Assembly: GCA_003516025.1 (NCBI GenBank)
Contig: CP023991.1
Span: 150,001-182,000 of the forward strand
DNA: 32,000 nucleotides
Direction of reading: 5' to 3'
Origin: Candidatus Saccharimonadota bacterium
GTDB lineage: Bacteria; Patescibacteriota; Saccharimonadia; Saccharimonadales; UBA4665
Shown here: one piece after another, positions 22,802 to 30,245 of the stretch
Numbering within the stretch: position 1 is the first letter of the stretch
Layout of the letters: every line of letters begins with the position of its first letter
The notes under the pieces: generated by a model
Told to the model about the DNA's origin: nothing
What the model saw: only the letters and a program-made list of their open reading frames with translations
Database searches by the model: none
Made by a program: the position numbers and the translations under genes

Positions 22802-23281
22802 ATGACCCGTATCATTGGAATTGACCCTGGCACCGGCATATTGGGCTTCGGTGTTATAGATATTGACCGCTCCGGACCGGTGCTCGTGGACGCGGGTGTT
22901 ATTCGTACCCCGGTCAAGGAAGATGATGCCGTTCGGCTGTTGACTATTTATGATGAATTAACCTCGATCATCGCTGAAACCAAGCCGCAACTGATGTCGG
23001 TTGAAAAACTATTTTTTTCACGCAACGTAACGACCGCCATGACGGTTTCCCAGGCCCGTGGCGTCGTGCTGTTAACCGCTATGCAGGCCGGCATTACTAT
23101 TGCCGAGTACACGCCTATGCAAATTAAACAGGCTACCACCGGCTACGGCAACGCTGATAAAAAGCAGATGCAGGAAATGGTGCGCGTTATTCTTAAACTA
23201 AAAGAAATACCCAAGCCTGATGATGCCGCTGATGCCCTGGCGGCCGCGATTACGCACGGCATGACGATGCGCAACTTCTAA
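22802..23281 (+). CDS. ruvC: crossover junction endodeoxyribonuclease RuvC
   Basis: IIGIDPGTGILGFGVI…, …GYGNADKKQ…, …PDDAADALAAAITH. Confidence 0.95.
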   Translation: MTRIIGIDPGTGILGFGVIDIDRSGPVLVDAGVIRTPVKEDDAVRLLTIYDELTSIIAETKPQLMSVEKLFFSRNVTTAMTVSQARGVVLLTAMQAGITIAEYTPMQIKQATTGYGNADKKQMQEMVRVILKLKEIPKPDDAADALAAAITHGMTMRNF

Positions 23282-23282
23282 A

Positions 23283-23291
23283 TGGTACAAT
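23283..23291 (+). promoter_or_regulatory. extended -10 box TGGTACAAT, 7 nt upstream of the ruvA ATG
   Basis: TGGTACAAT-acaggca-ATG in the 17-nt ruvC-ruvA gap. Confidence 0.45.
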
Positions 23292-23298
23292 ACAGGCA

Positions 23299-23877
23299 AT
23301 GATCGTAACTCTTACCGGCACAGTCTCAGAACATCTTAGCGGCATGGTCGTTTTGGACGTCCGCGGCATCGGCTACGGCCTACAGGTGACCAACGAGGAC
23401 GCCGGCCGTTTGCCAGGCGGTACGAGCACTAAACTGTATGTATATGAACATATCCGCGAACAAGCCTATGACCTATACGGTTTTGTCAGCTTGGATACGA
23501 AGCAACTCTTCATGCAATTACTCGAAGTTAACGGTGTCGGACCCAAGATGGCGCTCAACGTACTGAGTATTGGCAGTGGTTCTGAAGTGCGGACCGCTAT
23601 CGCCGGAGGTGACGTAAAGTTCATCCAACAGGCTCAAGGTGTTGGTAAACGAGTCGCTGAGCGTATTGTGGTTGAACTGAAGGATAAAGTTGGCCTAGAG
23701 GGTGTCGACCTCAGCACTACCGGCTTACTGCAGGGTGAAGGCATGATACTTAAGGACGAGGCGGCCGAGGCGTTGGTTTCACTTGGTTTCAGTCCTCAGG
23801 ACGCGGCGCAGGCTTTGAAAGATATTGATCCGTCGCTTCCAACCGAAGAACGTGTTAAGTTGGCGCTTAGAGGCTAA
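23299..23877 (+). CDS. ruvA: Holliday junction branch migration protein RuvA
   Basis: …VGYGLQV…, LLEVNGVGPKMAL…, IQQAQGVGKRVAERIVVELKDK. Confidence 0.95.
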   Translation: MIVTLTGTVSEHLSGMVVLDVRGIGYGLQVTNEDAGRLPGGTSTKLYVYEHIREQAYDLYGFVSLDTKQLFMQLLEVNGVGPKMALNVLSIGSGSEVRTAIAGGDVKFIQQAQGVGKRVAERIVVELKDKVGLEGVDLSTTGLLQGEGMILKDEAAEALVSLGFSPQDAAQALKDIDPSLPTEERVKLALRG

Positions 23878-23930
23878 CAGTACTAGCAAACATAAGCAAA
23901 AACTGGCGGACTACGCTATAATAGGGTGTA

Positions 23931-24959
23931 GTGATAGATCGCATAGTTAGTACGGGTATTGATGAGGGTCCAGACCCCGTGGTCACCGAGCAGGAACAGG
24001 AGCTCGAGAATACGCTGCGTCCGAAAGATTTTGCCAACTACATCGGCCAGGATCGCTTAAAGCAGAATTTACAGCTGGCAATTGAAGCGGCAAAAAAACG
24101 GGGCGAGCCACTCGATCATGTGCTTTTGTATGGTCCGCCTGGACTTGGTAAGACCACTATGGCAAGTGTAATCGCTCACGAAATGGGCGCCCAAATCCGT
24201 ATTACCAGCGGCCCGGCAATTGAACGGGCGGGCGACCTGGCGAGTTTGCTCACCAACCTGCAAGACGGCGACATCCTGTTTATTGATGAAATTCACCGCC
24301 TGCACCGTACGGTCGAAGAAGTGCTGTACTCGGCTATGGAAGATTTTAAGCTGGACATTATGATCGGCAAGGGCCCTTCGGCGCGCTCATTGCGCTTAGA
24401 CCTGCCGAAGTTTACTATCATCGGTGCTACCACGCGCACCGGCGCGTTGAGCGCGCCGCTGCGCGACCGCTTCGGTATGATTCACCGCCTGGAGTTTTAT
24501 AACCATGACCAGATCGGGCAGATCATTGAGCGGGCCGCCGATATATTAGGTGTCAAGATTCATCAGGAAGCCGCTGGCGAACTGGCTAAACGCTCCCGGT
24601 TGACGCCGCGTATTGCTAACCGCCTGCTTAAGCGGGTTCGTGACTACGCTGACGTTAACGGAGACGGCATTATTGATAGTGTTATCAGCAGACAGGCCCT
24701 GGCTCTGCTTGATATCGACGACCTTGGCCTTGATCCGGCTGACCGGATTATGCTCATGGCCATTATTGATAACTACAAAGGCGGTCCGGTCGGTGTAGAG
24801 ACCATTGCCGCTTTGACGGCCGAAGAACGCACTACCATCGAAGACTTCATTGAACCCTACCTGATGCAGATTGGCCTGATCGAACGTACGCCTCGGGGCC
24901 GTAAAGTGACGCCTAAGGCCTACTCCCATCTGAAACGTACGCCTGTCGCCGAAGCATAA
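23931..24959 (+). CDS. ruvB: Holliday junction branch migration DNA helicase RuvB
   Basis: [12 protein letters not shown]…, Walker [28 protein letters not shown] start 8 nt after TATAAT (23917-23922). Confidence 0.97.
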   Translation: MIDRIVSTGIDEGPDPVVTEQEQELENTLRPKDFANYIGQDRLKQNLQLAIEAAKKRGEPLDHVLLYGPPGLGKTTMASVIAHEMGAQIRITSGPAIERAGDLASLLTNLQDGDILFIDEIHRLHRTVEEVLYSAMEDFKLDIMIGKGPSARSLRLDLPKFTIIGATTRTGALSAPLRDRFGMIHRLEFYNHDQIGQIIERAADILGVKIHQEAAGELAKRSRLTPRIANRLLKRVRDYADVNGDGIIDSVISRQALALLDIDDLGLDPADRIMLMAIIDNYKGGPVGVETIAALTAEERTTIEDFIEPYLMQIGLIERTPRGRKVTPKAYSHLKRTPVAEA

Positions 24960-24981
24960 GCGCCACAAACAATAACTTCAG

Positions 24982-24990
24982 TGGTATAAT
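24982..24990 (+). promoter_or_regulatory. extended -10 box TGGTATAAT, 9 nt upstream of the ATG at 25000
   Basis: TGGTATAAT-aggcgtcat-ATG. Confidence 0.45.
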
Positions 24991-24999
24991 AGGCGTCAT

Positions 25000-25734
25000 A
25001 TGGACCAACAGAACCAACCGCCTGCCGGCCAACAGCCACAGGCTAACAACCCCTTTCCCAATAACGCTCAGGTGCCTAACCAGCCTGTACCGGGCGCGAC
25101 GCCGCAGATTGTCTATGTCACACGTCCGATGGACCCTCAGCCGCAGCATGTCAGTGAGCAGGCCAAACAGCGCCACGAAGAGTCCAAAAAAGCTTTTCCA
25201 TACCTTAATTTAAGCGAGGGCGAATATGTTATTAGTGCTGTTAAACGGCATCCAATCGGACTTTTTCAAATCTGGGTCGTAGTAGGCTTTGTATTCGCGC
25301 TGTTGTTTGCTGTCCTGGCTGCCGTATCGGCGGGCGTACTGCAGAATGATAGCGGCCAGGACCAGTTCCCGATAGAAGTCATCGCTATACCATTATTACT
25401 GCTAGGTATGGTCGCGTTGCTGTTCGGATTTATCGAAACCAGCATTTATAATGCCAATAAATTTTTCCTGACGAATGAGAGTGTCATACAGTACATTCAG
25501 ACCAGTTTGTTCACTAAGCGGCAGCAGACCGTCAGCCTGGGCAATGTGGAGGACGCGAGCTACAGCCAGGACGGTATAATCCCGAGCATGTTTAATTACG
25601 GCCAGTTGCGCCTGTCGACTGAAGGTGATGAAACCACATATCGCTTCGCGTATGCCAGCCATCCTGAACAACAGATCGCCGTACTCAACAATGCTGTTGA
25701 GGCTTTCAAAAATGGCCGTCCTGTTGCTGAGTAA
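25000..25734 (+). CDS. bPH_2 (YdbT/DUF304-like) membrane-flanked PH-domain protein with Gln/Pro/Asn-rich N-terminus
   Basis: LSEGEYVISAVKRHPIGL is followed by two TM helices and a C-terminal beta-rich domain. The first ~50 aa are low-complexity Q/P/N. Confidence 0.7.
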   Translation: MDQQNQPPAGQQPQANNPFPNNAQVPNQPVPGATPQIVYVTRPMDPQPQHVSEQAKQRHEESKKAFPYLNLSEGEYVISAVKRHPIGLFQIWVVVGFVFALLFAVLAAVSAGVLQNDSGQDQFPIEVIAIPLLLLGMVALLFGFIETSIYNANKFFLTNESVIQYIQTSLFTKRQQTVSLGNVEDASYSQDGIIPSMFNYGQLRLSTEGDETTYRFAYASHPEQQIAVLNNAVEAFKNGRPVAE

Positions 25735-25745
25735 TATTTTCCTTG

Positions 25746-26051
25746 TTACTCCTGGAACGGATTACTGCGGGCGCCTTCAAACAGTGTTTGGACGTTAACG
25801 CTGTTATCTTCAAGCTGCTGCATCTTGTTAATGACATTCTGGTCTACTTTAGGGATGCCGATGGTCTGGAGGCCGGCGCTGACAGCTGTAGGGTCAGGCT
25901 CGGCGCTGGTCAGTGTTGCTATACGGTAAAACAGGAAGCCATATATAGCGAGCAGGAATAACCCCAGCCCGATTGGCGCGTGTTTCTTCGCTACGCGCAG
26001 GTAGCGTACTATTCGGACTTTTGGCGGTGTGTTAGTGTGGGGTTTTTTCAT
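25746..26051 (-). CDS. hypothetical single-pass membrane protein, last gene of the pilMNO unit
   Basis: 4-nt overlap with the pilO-like gene. One TM helix. The C-terminus ends …RSNPFQE. Confidence 0.6.
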   Translation of the reverse strand: MKKPHTNTPPKVRIVRYLRVAKKHAPIGLGLFLLAIYGFLFYRIATLTSAEPDPTAVSAGLQTIGIPKVDQNVINKMQQLEDNSVNVQTLFEGARSNPFQE

Positions 26052-26659
26052 GGCTTAATGTATTGATTAACGATAAGGGTAAATGACAGCTGGGTACGGT
26101 CTTTGGCGTCCGGTTGCAGAGAAATGTTACTAACCTGGGCGGTCCGCCGATTTTGCTCCAAGTTCGACAGGAAAGTAACAAATCGGGTGTACGACACGGG
26201 ATTAGTCGCGGATTGGCTGATGGTAATCGGTAATACGTACAAATCGGCGGTGCCTTTCACTGGTGTTAACTGAGTTATGCCTTTTGATGTGGAGGGTGTG
26301 GTCAGTGTGCTGCTCGTGCCGGCTAAGTTGGAGTTCGGAAAAGTAATCGATGAGGGTGTAATTCCGCTGGCAGCGGCAATATTGACGATTTCGCGGATAG
26401 TTTGCGCCTGGTCTTTGTCCTGAGGAACGATGGTCTCAGCGATCTTTTCAAGCGGTGTGTAAGTAGCTACATCTTTCTTTGCTTTTATGAGGCTGATTTT
26501 TTCCTGATTGAGGACTTCATCTTTAACTTTTAGGTCACTGAGTATCTTGGCTCTTGTTTCCAACATGCTATTCGCCATGTAGGTACAGCCGATAATTCCC
26601 AGCGTCAGTACGACCAAGCTGGCGATCATCACATATGACATGCGTTGACTGTTCATCAT
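26048..26659 (-). CDS. pilO: PilO-like type IV pilus assembly protein
   Basis: TM helix, coiled-coil, then a C-terminal …VSYTRFVTFLSNLEQNRR…ISLQP pattern. Position after pilN, with 4-nt overlaps on both sides. Confidence 0.65.
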   Translation of the reverse strand: MMNSQRMSYVMIASLVVLTLGIIGCTYMANSMLETRAKILSDLKVKDEVLNQEKISLIKAKKDVATYTPLEKIAETIVPQDKDQAQTIREIVNIAAASGITPSSITFPNSNLAGTSSTLTTPSTSKGITQLTPVKGTADLYVLPITISQSATNPVSYTRFVTFLSNLEQNRRTAQVSNISLQPDAKDRTQLSFTLIVNQYIKP

Positions 26660-27243
26660 TTATCATCCTTATTAATGAATAAGTAGGGGTTTTCATCATT
26701 AAACAGCGCCTGGATGGTAACCGCGCACGGATAACGCGGGTCCTGGCTCTCGTCGCAGTTAATAGACTGTATATCGGCTTTGCTGAAGATTTTATTGTCG
26801 GGATCAGCCAGGTTGACCTGCAGCTGTGTGGCGCTGGCATAGCTGGCGGCAATAGCCTTCAGTTCTATCGAATTTTTGTCGGTACTAATATTGAGTTCTG
26901 TTAAGTTGGCATTGGCGGGGATGACCGTAGCGATTTGCGTCAGCAACTGTGAAAAGAGAATTTCACGCGACAATACGTCGGTGGCAAGTTTAATACTGCC
27001 GGTAATTTCCTTGGCATGCTGCCGGGTTCCCTCCAGGTCCTGAGCCTTGAGTGTCGCTTCTGAAGCGGCTACTTGTTTCTGGTAGGTGTTAATAGAGTTT
27101 TGCATCAGGAATACGCCGCCAAAAGTGACGACCATAACGCCCAGCAGGCCGCAGCCAAGCGCTACTGCCCAGCGTCGTAGCACAACATTACGGCGACCGT
27201 ACAGGTACTGATCTTTTAGTTCAGGGGGCAGCAGGTTGATCAT
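26656..27243 (-). CDS. pilN: PilN-like type IV pilus assembly protein
   Basis: MINLLPPELK… N-terminus followed by TM and coiled-coil. ATGA overlap with pilM. Confidence 0.75.
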   Translation of the reverse strand: MINLLPPELKDQYLYGRRNVVLRRWAVALGCGLLGVMVVTFGGVFLMQNSINTYQKQVAASEATLKAQDLEGTRQHAKEITGSIKLATDVLSREILFSQLLTQIATVIPANANLTELNISTDKNSIELKAIAASYASATQLQVNLADPDNKIFSKADIQSINCDESQDPRYPCAVTIQALFNDENPYLFINKDDK

Positions 27244-28310
27244 GAGAACAACTCCGATGAATTTGTCAGGGCCAGCCCCATTACGGTAGCGTACATTGGC
27301 TTGTCGGCGCGGGAAGGCGGTTGGAGACCCTGATAGTCACAGTATTCCCACGGGTCGGTCGCCCGTACGGCCAGGCGCAGGGTATTGGTCATGTACTCTG
27401 AAAGGCCGGGCATGTTAGCGCCGCCACCGAGCGTGATTACCTGAGTGACTTTGCGTTCCGAACCATAGCGGTCTTCATAGTAGCGGATCATACGGCGGAT
27501 TTCCTGGGCAAGTTGGGACAGCACCGGATCTAGGGCGGCGGTGATCTCTTTCTGCCGTTTGCTGGCGCCAAGGCCGTATTTGGTTTTTATAATTTGGGCT
27601 TCGGCCGGCGTGACTTTTAGCGCTTCGCGAATCCGGTCAGTGAACACCAGTCCGCCGCCGGAAACAGTGCCGCTGAATACCATGTTGTGATCAAAAATAG
27701 TGATATCGGCTGAAAGTGAACCGAAGTCAACCAGTACGGCGGGTACGTCGCTTTGTTTGTCCTGTAGGAATAACCGGCCAGCCGCGTCAATGGTCGTGGC
27801 CACGCCGGTCGTCTCCAACCCCAGGATGTTCATCAGTTGCAGGTGCGAGTCGACGATTTGTTTGGGTACCGCAATAACGAACAGATCGATTTTTTCGGCA
27901 TCACGGCTAATGATATTGTAGTCGATGTATAACGAGTCAACAGGTACGGGGATGTACTGCTCGGCCTCAAGAATAACGGCTTCATGCAATTCTTTATCGG
28001 CTAAAGGCGGCAGTGAGATGAGGCGGGAATACGTGCGGTAGGACGGTATGGCGATCACCACCCGATTAGTGGTTATGTCGCCGATGAGGTTGCCTTTAAA
28101 GAGCTTGAGCGCCGCGGTGGCGATCGGCTCGTGGTCTACGATAACGCCCTCTTTAATAGCATTGGCGTCAAATGCAGCCGTGCCGTAACCGGTGATTCGG
28201 GGCCGCTTGCCACTGTTGTCAATCTGCATCGCTTTAAGCGAGCCATGACCAACGTCAAAGCCGAATATTGGCTTGTCCTTGAAAAAGTATGCTGATTTAC
28301 TTATGCCCAC
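27240..28310 (-). CDS. pilM: type IV pilus assembly protein PilM (actin-like ATPase fold)
   Basis: …FGFDVGHGSLKAMQI…, …LVDFGSLSADITIF…, …ITLGGGANMPGL… GTG start. Confidence 0.9.
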   Translation of the reverse strand: MGISKSAYFFKDKPIFGFDVGHGSLKAMQIDNSGKRPRITGYGTAAFDANAIKEGVIVDHEPIATAALKLFKGNLIGDITTNRVVIAIPSYRTYSRLISLPPLADKELHEAVILEAEQYIPVPVDSLYIDYNIISRDAEKIDLFVIAVPKQIVDSHLQLMNILGLETTGVATTIDAAGRLFLQDKQSDVPAVLVDFGSLSADITIFDHNMVFSGTVSGGGLVFTDRIREALKVTPAEAQIIKTKYGLGASKRQKEITAALDPVLSQLAQEIRRMIRYYEDRYGSERKVTQVITLGGGANMPGLSEYMTNTLRLAVRATDPWEYCDYQGLQPPSRADKPMYATVMGLALTNSSELFS

Positions 28311-28388
28311 CGATGTATTCCAGTATAGTCCTTGCGCTTAGTATACCACTTATCCTTACGGCAGCTCAATAAAGTCGGCCGTATAAAT

Positions 28389-28416
28389 AAAAACCCTGGA
28401 TTGCTCCAGGGTTTTT
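28389..28416 (-). terminator. intrinsic terminator downstream of pilA
   Basis: AAAAACCCTGG-attgct-CCAGGGTTTTT is a perfect GC-cored hairpin flanked by A/T runs, 19 nt after the pilA stop. Confidence 0.75.
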
Positions 28417-28434
28417 ATAGCTAGAGTTGAACGA

Positions 28435-28890
28435 TTAGTTCAGGCTCTTCAGGACGATGTTTGCAGGATCGCCTTCTTGTTTCGCCGTCAAGGTGTACGC
28501 AGTACAACCGCTGTCGTCACAAGTAGGTTCGTAAGCGTATTGCTTATCGCCTACTGAGCTGCCGAGTACGTAGACGCCTTTATCGGCCTTAGGATCACGC
28601 AGGGCTTCGACGTCGAGACCCTTCATGTTCTTCTTGATGAAGCCGGTGTCGGCAGTTGGATTGTCGTTCAGGTTATCGAGCGTTGGATACGCGCCGTTCT
28701 GAGCGTAGTAAGCCTCGAGCTGGCCCTGGACGGCCTTCAAGTCGGTTTGACGTTCGGTGTTGCGTCCCTTTTGCTGAATACCACTATAGGTAGTGATGAC
28801 GAGAGCGGCAAGGATACCGATAACGACGATCACAATCAGCAGTTCCACGATAGTGAAACCCTTCTGAGATACTTTTTTAAGTGAGTTCAT
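28435..28890 (-). CDS. pilA: major type IV pilin (PilA-like)
   Basis: MNSLKKVSQKG|FTIVELLIVIVVIGILAAL. Strong SD AAGGAGG (28901-28907). It has its own promoter and terminator, and C-terminal Cys residues. Confidence 0.9.
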   Translation of the reverse strand: MNSLKKVSQKGFTIVELLIVIVVIGILAALVITTYSGIQQKGRNTERQTDLKAVQGQLEAYYAQNGAYPTLDNLNDNPTADTGFIKKNMKGLDVEALRDPKADKGVYVLGSSVGDKQYAYEPTCDDSGCTAYTLTAKQEGDPANIVLKSLN

Positions 28891-28976
28891 GAGGACCCAC
28901 CCTCCTTATGATTATGTTATTGTTTTTGATCTTGGACTGTAACTATTACTAGATTACGAGCCAGTATCTAACAGTG

Positions 28977-29004
28977 ATTATAGACATAAGCTTTATACAG
29001 TCAA
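28977..29004 (-). promoter_or_regulatory. strong sigma-70-type promoter dedicated to pilA
   Basis: On the minus strand: TTGACT (29004-28999), 16-nt spacer, TATAAT (28982-28977). It lies immediately downstream of the pilC stop. Confidence 0.6.
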
Positions 29005-29020
29005 GCAAGTTATACACATG

Positions 29021-30241
29021 CTAACTGCCAATGTTCTTGCTTAAGCTGGCTATCGGTCCCATAACGCTGGCCGCGATAAGTCCCACGGCACCGCCGAGTA
29101 TCACGATCATTATCGGTTCGATAACGGAAGCCAGTCCATCAATGAGCGTTGACACCTCTTCTTCGTAGAAATCCGCGACTTTAATGAGAACGGTGTCGAT
29201 TTCGCCGGTTTCCTCGCCTACGGCAAGCATCTGGCTGACAATTGGCGGCCAGATCTTACTCTTACTGATCGGTTCGCTGAGCTGCTTTCCGTTCCGTACC
29301 TGGTTGGCGGCCTCACGAAGTTCTTTTTCGAACACTTTGTTACCGATGGCGCCCCCGGTAACTTCCAGGGCGTCCAGTACGCTCACGCCGGCGGACATCA
29401 GCGAGGCGAATGTACGTGAAAACCGGGCCACAGCCATTTTAATGACAATATTCTTGACGACTGGCGTTTTAATGAGCAGTAAATGGAAGTTGTATTTTCC
29501 TTTCGGCGTACGGATATAGCGGATAACACTAAAGATTAGCCCAATGAGTATGATGGCGATAAATATGATGTTATGCGTCATAAAACTACTCATGTCCAGT
29601 AGTATTTGAGTATAGGGTGGTAACTTGGCATTGGGACCGCCAAGATCCGTGAGGATAGCGCTAATTTTAGGCATGATAACCAGCATAATTCCAAAAAACG
29701 CCACTACGGTGACGACCATAAGCACACTTGGATAGGCCATGGCGCTTTTAATCTTTTTGCGGATGCTGGCATCAAGCTCAACTTGAAGGGCAAGACGCTT
29801 GAGGATTTCGTCTAGAATACCGCCTTCTTCACCGGCGCGAACCATGTTGACGTACACCTCAGAAAATATATGTGGATATTTACCAAAAGCATCACCGAGG
29901 GGTGTGCCGCCTTCAACGTCTTTAACAATGCCGGCGATCGCCGCTTTAAGGGCCGGGCTTTCACAATCCGAACCCAGCGTGGCAAGGGAACGGGCCAGCG
30001 GTACGCCAGCGCTGATCATAGTCGATAACTGCCGGGTAAATATCACCAGGTCGGCTAGTTTTACTTTTTTACTGCCACCGGACAGGGAGAAGAGGCTGCC
30101 GGACTTTACGGCGCCTTCCCTGATACTGAGCGGGTGAATACCCTGATGGACGAGGTTGGCCAGTACCGCTTCTTTAGAGCCGCCTTCGACCGTGCCTTTT
30201 ATTTCTTTGCCATCTTTAACTGCTTTGTATGAATATTGCAT
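29021..30241 (-). CDS. pilC: type IV pilus platform protein PilC (GspF/T2SSF family)
   Basis: Duplicated T2SSF repeats (…FTRQLSTMISAGVPL… and …FSRTFASLMSAGVSV…) with three TM regions. Confidence 0.95.
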   Translation of the reverse strand: MQYSYKAVKDGKEIKGTVEGGSKEAVLANLVHQGIHPLSIREGAVKSGSLFSLSGGSKKVKLADLVIFTRQLSTMISAGVPLARSLATLGSDCESPALKAAIAGIVKDVEGGTPLGDAFGKYPHIFSEVYVNMVRAGEEGGILDEILKRLALQVELDASIRKKIKSAMAYPSVLMVVTVVAFFGIMLVIMPKISAILTDLGGPNAKLPPYTQILLDMSSFMTHNIIFIAIILIGLIFSVIRYIRTPKGKYNFHLLLIKTPVVKNIVIKMAVARFSRTFASLMSAGVSVLDALEVTGGAIGNKVFEKELREAANQVRNGKQLSEPISKSKIWPPIVSQMLAVGEETGEIDTVLIKVADFYEEEVSTLIDGLASVIEPIMIVILGGAVGLIAASVMGPIASLSKNIGS

Positions 30242-30245
30242 TAGT

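Noticed and set aside
25729-25751. Inverted repeat GAGTAA-N11-TTACTC spanning the two convergent stop codons
   Set aside because: The stem is 6 bp and AT-rich with an 11-nt loop, too weak for an intrinsic terminator. It arises because both genes end Glu-TAA.
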